A DNA stretch of 64,000 nucleotides, taken from NCBI GenBank assembly GCA_964599655.1, contig CAZRGV010000002.1, forward strand, positions 44,983 to 108,982, in the 5' to 3' direction. Below, one piece after another: positions 1-9,643 of this stretch. The position numbers and the translations under genes were made by a program. This stretch comes from an uncultured Isosphaeraceae bacterium. Lineage in GTDB: Bacteria; Planctomycetota; Planctomycetia; Isosphaerales; Isosphaeraceae. Numbering within the stretch: the first letter of the stretch is position 1; the number at the start of each line of letters is the position of its first letter. The notes beneath the pieces are model-generated. The model made no database searches and was not told where the DNA came from. It worked only from the letters and a program-made list of their open reading frames with translations.

Positions 1-792
1 AAGCCGGACGCGCTCGCCCAGGTCGAGTTCACCAATCAATCGTTCGAGATCCGTCCGGCAAGGGCCGTCACCCGCGATGTCGAGCCGGAGTTCGGGGTCG
101 ATGGCGGACGCGATTCCGATGGCGCGCACCAGCGTTTTCAGGTCTTTTTCCGGACTCAGCCGGGCGACAGCGACGACGGGGCCGGTAGCGGTCGGCCCGT
201 TGTAGGCGAACCGTGACAGATCGATGCCGTTCCAGATTGTCTGGACACGATCGGCGGCGACACCAGACTGGATCGTCGCGGCCTGGCAATCGGCCGATAC
301 GCAGACCACGCGACTCGTCAGACCGGTCAGGAAATGGAAAACGCGTTGCTCCCGGGAGGAGGCGCCGAAGCTCAAACCGTGGCGCGTGTGGATGACCTGC
401 CTGACTCCGGCAAGCCGGGCAGCGGGGGCCGCATAGAAAAGTGGTCGATTGTCGTGTGTATGGACGACGTCGATTTTCCAGCGACGAAACAATCGAGCCA
501 ATCTCAGGACCAAGGAAGGTTTCAGACCCGAAGGCTCACCCATGGCCTCGACCGGCCAGCCTTGAGATTCGATTTCGTCGGCAAGTCGACCTCGCCAGCC
601 GATCGAAACGAACCGAAGATCAAACCGACGGCGGTCCGCGTGCCGGGCGAACTCGACGAGCAGCTTTTCCAGTCCTCCCATGTCGAGCCCAAAGGCAACA
701 TGGCAGACGCGCACGAGCCGGCTTTCGGTGGCACCACCTTGCCCCTGGATCGAGCGGCCCGAGGTTTGTTCCAGAGCCCGACGAATCGTCAT
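1..792 (-). CDS. Glycosyltransferase, GT4-like (GT-B fold); 3' end lies beyond the left window edge
   Basis: Absent from the ORF track because it has no stop in the window. Manual minus-strand translation from ATG 792 gives MTIRRALEQ..VRVCHVAFGLDMGGLEKLLVEFARH..IDVVHTHDNRPLFYAA..VAVARLSPEKDLKTLVRA..IAGDGP, typical of GT4 N-terminal and linker regions. Its ATG overlaps the stop of the upstream VOC gene (ATGA at 789-792). Confidence 0.7.
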   Translation of the reverse strand, partial: MTIRRALEQTSGRSIQGQGGATESRLVRVCHVAFGLDMGGLEKLLVEFARHADRRRFDLRFVSIGWRGRLADEIESQGWPVEAMGEPSGLKPSLVLRLARLFRRWKIDVVHTHDNRPLFYAAPAARLAGVRQVIHTRHGLSFGASSREQRVFHFLTGLTSRVVCVSADCQAATIQSGVAADRVQTIWNGIDLSRFAYNGPTATGPVVAVARLSPEKDLKTLVRAIGIASAIDPELRLDIAGDGPCRTDLERLIGELDLGERVRL

Positions 793-1211
793 GGTTCGCC
801 CTTCGGCCCTCGTTCCACCAGTTCGAAGGGGATCCGATCCCGCCCGATGAGCCACGCAATCCGACGGCCTGGGAACGCAGCGGCGGCAACCGGCGGTTGG
901 ATCAGATAAAGCCCTTGGGCTCGAAGTTCTCGACAGCCTGATTCGATGTCGTCCACCGCGTAACAGAGGTGATTCAGGCCACCCCCCTTGTTGAGGGCGT
1001 TGGTCAATTTGCTGTCTTCGCGATCCGGCGAGACCAGTTCGAGGAAGACGGAGTCACCCGGTTGACTCAAGAAACGAACGTAGGCGGTCTGGGTCGAGTC
1101 GTGAACGATTTCGCTACGAACCTCACAACCGAGACGGCGAACGTAATAGTCCGTGGCCTCGGCGATGTCCTTCACCACGATTCCAACATGGTGCAAGCTT
1201 AAGAACGACAT
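789..1211 (-). CDS. VOC (glyoxalase/bleomycin-resistance/dioxygenase fold) protein, methylmalonyl-CoA-epimerase-like
   Basis: The ORF 789-1232 contains LHHVGIVVKDI..YYV..LG, FLELVSP and GGLNHLCYAVDDI, the paired beta-alpha-beta-beta-beta motif pattern of VOC enzymes. Start set at internal ATG 1211 (MSFLSLHHVG). Confidence 0.7.
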   Translation of the reverse strand: MSFLSLHHVGIVVKDIAEATDYYVRRLGCEVRSEIVHDSTQTAYVRFLSQPGDSVFLELVSPDREDSKLTNALNKGGGLNHLCYAVDDIESGCRELRAQGLYLIQPPVAAAAFPGRRIAWLIGRDRIPFELVERGPKGEP

Positions 1212-1311
1212 GAAATGGAACCCTGACCACAACTATTGTATCTGTGGTGATTCACTTATCAATTTTGCCGCGAGGATAGCAACGCCGGTGGTCAACGAGG
1301 GTAAGATCTTA

Positions 1312-1554
1312 TCAGGAACGGAGATTGCGACTTTGAAGATAATCGAGGATCGATTCGAAGGACCCGAAGGAGTCGACACCCTCCGGATCGATCTGAATGC
1401 CGAACTCTTCCTCGATGACGGTTAGCAGCGAAAAGTTCGCCAGCGAATCCCAGCCCTCGACATTGAGGTTGGTTGCCCCAGGGATCTCCGCCTCGTCCAA
1501 GCCGGGGAAAACGGCTGAGAAACACTGGATCAAGCGGGATCGGGTATCAGCCAT
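1312..1554 (-). CDS. Acyl/peptidyl carrier protein (phosphopantetheine attachment site)
   Basis: Small acidic protein with a GWDSLANFSLLTVIEEEFG motif (DSL serine attachment site). Start set at ATG 1554 (MADTRSRLIQ), overlapping the FkbH stop at 1530. Confidence 0.7.
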   Translation of the reverse strand: MADTRSRLIQCFSAVFPGLDEAEIPGATNLNVEGWDSLANFSLLTVIEEEFGIQIDPEGVDSFGSFESILDYLQSRNLRS

Positions 1555-3374
1555 GCGTCGGGCCCTTTGACTTTGTGATACAGCGGAGGACACTTGGTTT
1601 GAAACAACCGACGGGTGATCCGAAGTCCGGGTTCCGGCGAGGTCTCCGTAAACTCTGTGAAGAAGCTCCGTAAGGGGCCATTTCTTGGAGTTTCACGGAA
1701 ATCGAAAACAAGCTGGTCGACCCCGAATGACTCGAAAAGAACGGAAAGGCACTGGTGCTCGATCCGGCGGGAGAACGCACGACAACTCATGACCCACTGA
1801 TCAATCGTCACGGTATTCCCACTCGAGTGACCGGTCAGGACGGCGATTGTCCCTAGAGGACCATACTTATCCTTATAGGACACCAGCAGCAGGAATGCCT
1901 CAGGAGAGCGAAGGTGGGCGAGCCACTCTCCTTCGGTGTAGCGCCGGCCATTGAGGTTAAACTGGTTGGTCTTGTTGATCAACTCAAGGGCTCGAGGGTT
2001 GGGCGGCGTCTTGGTCGTATTGAACGAAAGCTCAGCCTCGGCCTGTTCGAGGAAGCTGTCAGGGGGCCCGGCTTGCACTTCTTCCCCACCGAAGGACTCG
2101 GCGGATCGACGGAGGCTTTCCAGTCGGATGGCGTCTTCCTCCGAGACCTTGTCCTTGCCGAACAAATCGCGAAGGCGTTGGATCAACTCGTACGCCGCTT
2201 GGTCGTTGTCCTTGGGGAACAACAGGCCTTCGACGTCGGGGTAAGCCGCTGCGACCTCGGCAAGTTCCATCGGGCTGTCGTCGATGAAGACGACACTATC
2301 GGCACCGACGTTCCAGGCGCTCAAGATCCGGCGAACGGACTCGGACTTGGGTCCCCATCCAACTTCCATGGGGAAGACGTTGCGCTTGTCCAGAATCAAA
2401 TCCGAGCGTTCGAAGACCTGGTTCACGACGAGGGGGTCGTTTTTGCTCGCCACGGCGATCAGCACGCCGGCGTCGGCTAGCGAGGCGAGCATTTGCTGGT
2501 AAAGACCGTGGATGTGGCTGCGGTGATCGAGATCCCAGGAGATGCCATCGATGCCAACATCTCCCACGATGCCCCGCCACAGCGTACCGTCGAGGTCCGT
2601 GATCAAGCCCTTCTTGGCCATCGGCGATTGGAGCGAACTTGCCAGCAACTCCGCCACCGCCGATGCGTGTGAGAGACGGTAGGGGAATCCCGAGGAAAGC
2701 TCGGAACGGACGTCGAGACGGTCACGAGTGGGAGATAATTCGTCGAGGCGCTGAGGATTAACGACACGAACCCCTGGAGCGTGAACAATTTTCGAGGCCA
2801 GGGATATCGCAACCTCGCGCAGCTTGAGGTCAAACGCGCTGGATTGCCGGCAGGGAAAATAGGCCACCGGTGGGATTGGTAGTGTTGGCAGACAGACCGC
2901 CAGGGGCAGTTGCTTGGCAAGACGAACGATCGCCTCGGAGAAGTGGGCCGCGCGTGAGGCGGCCGTCTCGAGGATGTCGGCCAGGGTATTGGCCTTCCAA
3001 CCTCCCAGGTGCCGCAGGCCGAGTCTCGGATCCAGGTCGGGCCACTCGATCACCACGGCGGATGCGTCCACCTCCGAGCTCGAAAGCCGCTCCAGGTTAC
3101 CCAGACAGTCCCCGTAGAGGCCGGTGAGGATCGTGGTCCCGCGACTGGGATCGAGCTGCCGCAGATGAGCGCCGAGATAGGTCTGCAAGTGCGCGGGCGT
3201 GAAGCCACAGACCAGGGCGATGCTCCGGGCCGGCACCTCTTCGGGAAGGGGGGATTTTAGAATGTTCAGGGCGTCGACGAGTTTCATGGCATTAAGTCTT
3301 GCGAACCTGCCCGAACTTTGGATTCCAGTCGAAACGGCAAGTCGGGGCGTTTCGACGTCGACTGTGTCTTCCAC
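1530..3374 (-). CDS. FkbH-like HAD-IIIC phosphatase/acyl-loading enzyme with C-terminal GNAT-like domain
   Basis: HAD motifs ITDLDGTLWRG, VASKND and VVFIDDSP, followed by LINKTNQFNL..WVMSCRAFSRRIEHQ, the architecture I know for FkbH-type proteins. Alternative start at ATG 3287. Confidence 0.8.
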   Translation of the reverse strand: MEDTVDVETPRLAVSTGIQSSGRFARLNAMKLVDALNILKSPLPEEVPARSIALVCGFTPAHLQTYLGAHLRQLDPSRGTTILTGLYGDCLGNLERLSSSEVDASAVVIEWPDLDPRLGLRHLGGWKANTLADILETAASRAAHFSEAIVRLAKQLPLAVCLPTLPIPPVAYFPCRQSSAFDLKLREVAISLASKIVHAPGVRVVNPQRLDELSPTRDRLDVRSELSSGFPYRLSHASAVAELLASSLQSPMAKKGLITDLDGTLWRGIVGDVGIDGISWDLDHRSHIHGLYQQMLASLADAGVLIAVASKNDPLVVNQVFERSDLILDKRNVFPMEVGWGPKSESVRRILSAWNVGADSVVFIDDSPMELAEVAAAYPDVEGLLFPKDNDQAAYELIQRLRDLFGKDKVSEEDAIRLESLRRSAESFGGEEVQAGPPDSFLEQAEAELSFNTTKTPPNPRALELINKTNQFNLNGRRYTEGEWLAHLRSPEAFLLLVSYKDKYGPLGTIAVLTGHSSGNTVTIDQWVMSCRAFSRRIEHQCLSVLFESFGVDQLVFDFRETPRNGPLRSFFTEFTETSPEPGLRITRRLFQTKCPPLYHKVKGPDAWLIPDPA

Positions 3375-3377
3375 GGA

Positions 3378-4124
3378 TCAGGACGTTGCGACGGATGTTT
3401 CCTGACGAAGCTCCTGAGCATTGGGGTTGCGGAGTGTGGCGATCTTTCGGGCAGGGTAGCCCGCGACGACGGTGTAAGGCGGAACGTCGCTGAGAACGAC
3501 CGACCCTGCCGAGACGATGCTCCCCTCGCCGATGGTAACGCCGGGCGTGATGATACTTCGCTGACCGATCCAGACATTGTCGCCGATCGTGATCGGCCGG
3601 ACGTCCTCGGGGCGGGGAGGTTCCCCCGCCATCCGTGCTTCGGGATCGGAGGGATGGCCATTCGAGTCAAACATGCTGACGTACGAGGCAATCTTGCAGC
3701 ACTTACCGATCGTAATACTCTTTGCCACCACAAACGAACATCCTGTCCGAATGATCGTGCGATCACCAACACGCAGTGTTGGGTTTGGGGAAAAGCGAGC
3801 AGCGAAGGTGAAGTGGCACTTACCGTCGACTTCGACGAAGTCTCCGAGAATAATTTCTCCCTTGCCTTGAACCCAATGAATGTGAACGTCAGTCCGAACT
3901 CCTCGCCCGTATTGCTTGCAGTACGCCTTGAAAAGTGGTTCGCAAATAAAAACCCGCATCAAGAAGTAATACACCGAACGGATGGCCAGAAACGTCCAGA
4001 GCATCGGCTTGACGATGATCTTGGGAGCAGGCAGTGTGAAGTTGACAAGACCGCGATAGACCGCCTTGACAAGCTGGGCTGCTGGGTGCTTCGAGGTCGC
4101 CAGGTGGTGACGAAAGCTGGACAC
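3378..4124 (-). CDS. Left-handed beta-helix (hexapeptide-repeat) acyl/acetyltransferase with hydrophobic N-terminus
   Basis: C-terminal IGDNVWIGQRSIITPGVTIGEGSIVSAGSVVLSDVPPYTVVAGYPARKI hexapeptide repeats. N-terminal segment LWTFLAIRSVYYFLMRVFI looks membrane associated. Ends 4 nt before the FkbH start. Confidence 0.8.
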   Translation of the reverse strand: MSSFRHHLATSKHPAAQLVKAVYRGLVNFTLPAPKIIVKPMLWTFLAIRSVYYFLMRVFICEPLFKAYCKQYGRGVRTDVHIHWVQGKGEIILGDFVEVDGKCHFTFAARFSPNPTLRVGDRTIIRTGCSFVVAKSITIGKCCKIASYVSMFDSNGHPSDPEARMAGEPPRPEDVRPITIGDNVWIGQRSIITPGVTIGEGSIVSAGSVVLSDVPPYTVVAGYPARKIATLRNPNAQELRQETSVATS

Positions 4125-4574
4125 GGGACGCGGGCTCCTCTCCTAGATCACAGACCAGGGGATCGGTTCACTCCCGGGTCGTTCGGCGCTTAGAATTCGT
4201 TCTGGTCAACGGTAACCGTTCAGGAAGGCCATGGAACACGTGATCGGGGGAATCCTTTGGTTCCTTAAAGATCCGGGCCGGTTACGGGTCGGCCATCGTT
4301 TCGTCTGGAACCATCGATCGACGGAATGTCAGACGATTCGGCATGGGTAAAATCTGGATCGGCGGATCCTCATGACGTGAGCGCAATGGCCCGATGAGTT
4401 CGGTCTCGAACTTCGGCGGCAAGATCCAAACCGGAAGCGACGCTGGGATTGAAGGTTGGCCGGAACGTTGTCAATCATGATTCCGACGCGCGATCTTTGT
4501 ACGATGAGTCTTCGTTTCGTTCGGCACGAGAGCAAAACTCCTAGTATCTGTTGATGCAATAGAAGGTAGAACAC

Positions 4575-5213
4575 ATGCGGCGATTGGCCAAGTCGATCCT
4601 CGCGCTTGGACTCTCGGTCTTGCCGGCGCCCGTCGACCCAGCCCATGCGGGGCCTGGCTTGCACTTGAGATGGCGTTTCGGTTTGCTCAAGGGATGGCGA
4701 TTTCGGCTCACGCAATCATTCCGGGCAATGTTCGGCGGGACGACGCTTCGGACTGGTCGGCGGTTGTCCATCCAGGGTCGGCTCCGGCTGAGAGGACCAG
4801 GCTGCGTCGTTCTGGGTGACGACGTGATCGTCGACGCCACGACCGACATCTTCACTCACCACCGAGAGGCCGTTGTGACGATTGGGGACCGAAGTTTCGT
4901 CAATGGGACCCGGTTCGGCTGCGTGAGAGAAATTTCCATCGGACCAGAAGCCATTCTGGGGGATGCAAGAATCATGGATACCGATTTTCACTCGGTGTCC
5001 CGTCATCGCCGAAGCAAATCTGCCTCGATCGGCGTCGCCCCTGTCTTGGTGGGTCAAAACGTCTGGATCGCGGCTGGCGCTGCGGTCCTGAAAGGGGTCA
5101 CCATCGGCAACGACTCGGTCGTCGCCTTTGGTTCGGTCGTGGTCAAGGATGTCCCTCCCGGAACGATCGTGGGCGGTAATCCCGCGAGGGAGATCGGTCG
5201 AGTACCCGAGTGA
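4575..5213 (+). CDS. Hexapeptide-repeat (LbH) acetyltransferase, opposite strand to the surrounding array
   Basis: VGQNVWIAAGAAVLKGVTIGNDSVVAFGSVVVKDVPPGTIVGGNPAREIG hexapeptide repeats, with a signal-like N-terminus MRRLAKSILALGLSVLPAPV. Confidence 0.75.
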   Translation: MRRLAKSILALGLSVLPAPVDPAHAGPGLHLRWRFGLLKGWRFRLTQSFRAMFGGTTLRTGRRLSIQGRLRLRGPGCVVLGDDVIVDATTDIFTHHREAVVTIGDRSFVNGTRFGCVREISIGPEAILGDARIMDTDFHSVSRHRRSKSASIGVAPVLVGQNVWIAAGAAVLKGVTIGNDSVVAFGSVVVKDVPPGTIVGGNPAREIGRVPE

Positions 5214-5289
5214 GTCGTGCTTCTGGATTCAAGCCGAGAACGACACAGACCGAGTGTTGTGTTAAAGCATATGGATAGTTTTAATACTA

Positions 5290-6609
5290 TTAAACCGCCT
5301 GGTCGACTTGTGGGCGATCTGAGGCGTTAGTGGCGGACTCGGTCGAACCGTGACCGGCCCGATTCAAGGAGCCGTCGAGAATCTGGGCGAGCCGCGAAGC
5401 AATCCGCTTTCTGGAGAACGCCAACCGACCTTGTTCGGAACCGAAATCGGACCCAGTCCAAGATGGTTCCGACTGGAGTTCTTCGATCAGATCTGCCAGG
5501 GCCTCCTTAATTGCGAAGGGATCACTCGGTGACGCGATCCGGTAGGGTGCGCCGCATTCTCGGAGGACCCAGGCGGTGTCACTCTCGGCTTCCGCCAGGG
5601 CCAGGATGGGTCGACCGGCGCCAATATACTCGTAGAGTTTCGCCGGAACACCGAGTTTTTGGCCCGGGCAATTGAGCAAAAGTAAGATGTCCGACCTTAC
5701 CATTTCCGACAGCGACTGTGCGTAAGGGATCTGGCCTCCGAGATGGACGATCGGTTCCAGCCCTCGCTGCCGGATTTCGGTGTTGAGGTCGTAATGGCGA
5801 TGGTCGTCCGTGAGATTGCCGAAGAAGTCAACACGGATGTCGCGGCCATTCGTCGAGCGCTCGTCCCGCAGCATGCGAATCGCGTCCAGGAATGGTCGTG
5901 GGTCGCGACCGCCATAAATCTGACCGGTGTGGATCACCCGCGGGTGTTGGGAATGAGCCAAGGGAGAGAGGGGAAGAGTTTCAAAACGCTCGGGGTCGTA
6001 GCCGTTCGTGAGGACGACCATCTTCTCTCGAGCCTCGGGGTAGACTTGGCTCAGCGCCTTCAGGGTATTCGGTGTGTTGACGATGAGGACATCGGCCTCC
6101 CGAATGACAACATGTTCCTCTCGAGCCAGCCAGCGCGTGCGGATCGATCGCTCCTCCCCGGACTTTCGATGGGTGACCCAGTTGCTGGTGATCCAGGGGT
6201 CGCGGAAGTCGGCGATCCAGGGAAGTCGGTATCGTCGCTTCAACCAGAGCCCGAGCAAGTGTACCTCGTGGGGGGGGCCTGAGGTCAGGATCGCATCGGG
6301 TTGCTGACGCTTCATCGCCCGGAGGCATCCTCGCCAGGCACCCATGAGCCAGCCGCGAATGGGGGCGAGACTCCGCAGGATCCGGCCCTGAGGAAAGGGG
6401 ACATGCTCGATCACGGTCTCCGTTGGAACGAGAGACATCAGCTCTGGGTCCACGGCTTCCCATGGCATTTTCGGAGGGGCGACAACGACAGTTCTCCAGC
6501 CAAAGTTTGGCAGGTGACGAGCGAAGCCGAGCAACCGAAACGAGCCGCACGCCGCCGAAGGTGGGAAATGGTACGTAATGAGCATTAAGGTTTTTAACAA
6601 CATGGGCAT
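5290..6609 (-). CDS. Glycosyltransferase, GT4-like
   Basis: 439 aa. N-terminal LMLITYHFPPSAACGSFRLLGFARHL and C-terminal EYIGAGRPILALAE patterns are typical of GT-B retaining transferases. Confidence 0.75.
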   Translation of the reverse strand: MPMLLKTLMLITYHFPPSAACGSFRLLGFARHLPNFGWRTVVVAPPKMPWEAVDPELMSLVPTETVIEHVPFPQGRILRSLAPIRGWLMGAWRGCLRAMKRQQPDAILTSGPPHEVHLLGLWLKRRYRLPWIADFRDPWITSNWVTHRKSGEERSIRTRWLAREEHVVIREADVLIVNTPNTLKALSQVYPEAREKMVVLTNGYDPERFETLPLSPLAHSQHPRVIHTGQIYGGRDPRPFLDAIRMLRDERSTNGRDIRVDFFGNLTDDHRHYDLNTEIRQRGLEPIVHLGGQIPYAQSLSEMVRSDILLLLNCPGQKLGVPAKLYEYIGAGRPILALAEAESDTAWVLRECGAPYRIASPSDPFAIKEALADLIEELQSEPSWTGSDFGSEQGRLAFSRKRIASRLAQILDGSLNRAGHGSTESATNASDRPQVDQAV

Positions 6610-6672
6610 CCTTTATCGAAGTCAGGCCGTGTGCTACGTTTCTGCCTCAAGCTTCGGCCGACCAGGACTGTT

Positions 6673-7857
6673 TCACGACGATGTCGGCGCCGTCTCCCTG
6701 GGTGCCTCCTGTCGACGGTCTTCGTGCAGGGAATGGCCACGGAAGACATCGATCGCTGGCAAGATCGTACGTTGCCAGGAGAATTGGTCGGCTAACGCGC
6801 GAGCGGCGAGAGAGCGTTCCTCGGCCGGAATCTGAAGAAACGCACGGATCCCGTCGGCCAGGGCTTGGGGATCGCCGGGTTTGACGAGGAGGCCGGCTGT
6901 ACGCGTGTTTCCAAGAATTTCTCGAATGTAGGGGAGGTCTGAAGCAACGACGCCGCGCCCTAAAGTGAGAGCAGCCAGTAACATTCCGCTGGTCGTGATC
7001 TTGCGATAAGGCAGTAAGATCGCGTCACAGGCTGCGACGAGGTCAGAAAACTCAGGATCCGAGAGTCGCTTCGGCAAGAGGGAAGCACCTGGTAGGGCGG
7101 AGATACAGTGCTGCAGCGCCGTGAGATCAAACGATGGATGGACACTCCCGGCGACGATGAGTTGAACGCTGCCACCGACCCGCGAGACCGCCTCGCATGC
7201 GATATCAATTCCCTTGTAGTCCCTGATTCCTCCAATGCACCCGACGACGGGGAGTTCGGATGAAAGTCCAAGCTGACGCAAGACATCGGAGCGCGGTCGG
7301 GGTGCCGGGTAAACCTCGTCGTAATTGCCGTGTCGAACCACCACGGCGCGAGCGCTAGTGCGTTGACGACTGAGAAAGGCATCCCTCGACCAATTACTAT
7401 GGAAAATCAAATCATCCACGTATTTCAACAAAATCGTGTACCCGATCCGGTCGATCAGCCCCATGCCTTCATGGGGTTCATGATTATGCACGGTCCAGAT
7501 AACACGAATCCCAGCTCGTCGGGCAATCCGTAACGAATCGCGGAACCCAGCGAGTCGGCAAATTCGAAGAATCGTCTTCAGCGTGGACGGAAGCATTGGG
7601 AGGCGAAAGAACCAGGGCGCGCGGCTGCGAAGCCGCTGCATTCGAACGGTCCAGAATTCTTCAGGCCACTGTGCGTGGATCACATCAATAGGTGTGTGCT
7701 GACGTATCCAGGATCGGCTCGGAACGAAGCTTTCCGGAATCAGCTCGATTCCATACGGTTTGAGCGCGTCGTAGAACTGATCGACATACGGAATCCCACT
7801 GCCGCTGAGGGTATCACTGGTCACCCGGATTGGATTCATGACCGATGCCCGATTCAA
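6673..7857 (-). CDS. Glycosyltransferase, GT4-like
   Basis: 394 aa. VIWTVHNHEPHEG.., VVGCIGGIRDYKGIDI and LLPYRKITTSGMLLAALTLGRGVVASD resemble the GT4 donor-binding half. Confidence 0.75.
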   Translation of the reverse strand: MNRASVMNPIRVTSDTLSGSGIPYVDQFYDALKPYGIELIPESFVPSRSWIRQHTPIDVIHAQWPEEFWTVRMQRLRSRAPWFFRLPMLPSTLKTILRICRLAGFRDSLRIARRAGIRVIWTVHNHEPHEGMGLIDRIGYTILLKYVDDLIFHSNWSRDAFLSRQRTSARAVVVRHGNYDEVYPAPRPRSDVLRQLGLSSELPVVGCIGGIRDYKGIDIACEAVSRVGGSVQLIVAGSVHPSFDLTALQHCISALPGASLLPKRLSDPEFSDLVAACDAILLPYRKITTSGMLLAALTLGRGVVASDLPYIREILGNTRTAGLLVKPGDPQALADGIRAFLQIPAEERSLAARALADQFSWQRTILPAIDVFRGHSLHEDRRQEAPRETAPTSS

Positions 7858-7883
7858 AACAAGCCGCAGGATCCGATCACATG

Positions 7884-8933
7884 TCAGAAACGTTTCAATT
7901 TCTTGGCCGCTCGTAGCAAAATCGGCGGCGACAGATCACTAATTAACTGCTTAATATTTTTATATTTGTAATAATTAACAATTGGGTCTTTGACGTGTTG
8001 GGGCAGGGTGTCGAGCAACAGAGTCCTGACTCTCTGAGCCACAGAAGGGGCCGTTTCCCAGGCATCCGCCAAGGTGTACGTCTCTTCCATCCAGTCCAGG
8101 CGTTGACCGACGGTGGCTTCCAGGAAAATTTGCGTTAACGGTGATTCCCAATTCTCGGGATGTTCCTTGATCAATTCGCAGATCGCCGTCGCCATGGTCG
8201 ACCACTGGCGCGAGAGGGCACCGGGATCATCACGCCAGGTCTTCCGGTGTTCCTGGTCGTCGTGCGACAGATAAACGGAGGAAAGCCAGGGATCGATGGC
8301 GACCTTCCCCTCCACGGCGGCAAAGGACAGCAAGATTCGCTCGTTGAACAGAGCACACTCAGGAATAATGTGGCGAATCGCTCTTCTGACGACGTCGGTT
8401 CGAAACGCGATGGCCGGAGGATTGGCGACACTGAAGAACAACGACATGAGCGGAACCAGAATTCCATCCATCACACGAACTTCGCTTCGTAACCAATCCA
8501 AGGCAACAGGGGGACCGTACAGCTTGGGAAAGTAAAACGTCGTGGTGGACGGAGTCATAACCGAGTAGGTCGCATAGACAACGATCTCTGGCGAGCGGGA
8601 GAAGGCGGCAACAGCCCGACTCGCGAAATCGCGGTGCAAGAGATCGTCATCCTGAAGAAACGCAAAGTAATCTCCGCTCGCCGTCTCCACAAGTTTGACG
8701 AAGTTGGGCCAACTACCGATATTGGTTGCGTTACGGTTGTAACGGACACGATCTCCAAAAGATGCGACAACATCTGTTGTCCCATCGGTCGAGGCATTAT
8801 CCGAGACCAGGACCTCCATGTCCTGCCATGACTGATCCAGGGCCGACGCCATGGCCTTGCGCAGCATCGCTGCTCGGTTGTAAGTGGGAATTCCGACGGT
8901 GAATCGGCTCATGTCAATTCCGTAGTCACCCAA
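7884..8933 (-). CDS. Glycosyltransferase family 2
   Basis: FTVGIPTYNRAAMLRKAMASALDQSWQDMEVLVSDNASTDGT plus a downstream DDD motif (FLQDDDLL), the canonical GT2 N-terminal signature. Confidence 0.85.
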   Translation of the reverse strand: MGDYGIDMSRFTVGIPTYNRAAMLRKAMASALDQSWQDMEVLVSDNASTDGTTDVVASFGDRVRYNRNATNIGSWPNFVKLVETASGDYFAFLQDDDLLHRDFASRAVAAFSRSPEIVVYATYSVMTPSTTTFYFPKLYGPPVALDWLRSEVRVMDGILVPLMSLFFSVANPPAIAFRTDVVRRAIRHIIPECALFNERILLSFAAVEGKVAIDPWLSSVYLSHDDQEHRKTWRDDPGALSRQWSTMATAICELIKEHPENWESPLTQIFLEATVGQRLDWMEETYTLADAWETAPSVAQRVRTLLLDTLPQHVKDPIVNYYKYKNIKQLISDLSPPILLRAAKKLKRF

Positions 8934-9097
8934 TGATCAAGAGTGGCATTAGCCAAGTCGAACCCAAACCAAGGTCCTGATTTACGAGGAAGCACGGATC
9001 CACTCGATGGACATGGAGCTGGTTTTCTACAGCTCTTATTGTGTCAATGCTGTTGGAATGAGCTGAAATGTCGTCAATGGATCCCGGAATTCGGATC

Positions 9098-9631
9098 CTA
9101 TTCGAGTTCAAGGAGAGGGTAGCCCTGGTCTCGTTGCGAAATCACCGTGACTTCGAGAGGCCACTCGATGCCGATGGCGGGATCGTTCCAACGAATTCCC
9201 CGCGCACAGTCTGGGGAGTAGACCTCGGAGATTTCGTAGAAGACCTCGCTGTGATCTTCGAGTGTCTGAAATCCATGAGCGAAGTCTTGTGGTATGTAAA
9301 GAGCGCGGCGATTCTCCACGGTCAGCTCGGTTGCGAACCATTGCCGGAATGTCGGAGATTGGGGGCGTAGGTCAACGATCACGTCGTATATCGATCCTCG
9401 GGTACAGCGAACCAGCTTGACCTCGACATGGGGGGCGACCTGGAAGTGCATCCCTCGCAGGGTACCTTTTCTCTTGTTATAGGAAATGCTGGATTGCACG
9501 AAGTCGCCGCAAAGATCTCGGACACGGAATTCCCGACAGCAGCGGGTCCTCGCGAAAAACCCCCGCTCGTCCTCGATTCGGTCGAGATCGATCAGGAAAG
9601 CGCCAGGAAGGGGTGTTTCTTGGAAGATCAT
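9098..9631 (-). CDS. NDP-4-keto-6-deoxyhexose 3,5-epimerase family (RmlC-like cupin)
   Basis: DERGFFART.., TLRGMHFQ, VKLVRCTRGSIYDVIVDLR..SPTF, YIPQDFAHGF and RWNDPAIGIEWP match the RmlC-type pattern. Confidence 0.85.
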   Translation of the reverse strand: MIFQETPLPGAFLIDLDRIEDERGFFARTRCCREFRVRDLCGDFVQSSISYNKRKGTLRGMHFQVAPHVEVKLVRCTRGSIYDVIVDLRPQSPTFRQWFATELTVENRRALYIPQDFAHGFQTLEDHSEVFYEISEVYSPDCARGIRWNDPAIGIEWPLEVTVISQRDQGYPLLELE

Positions 9632-9643
9632 GATCCAATCCCG

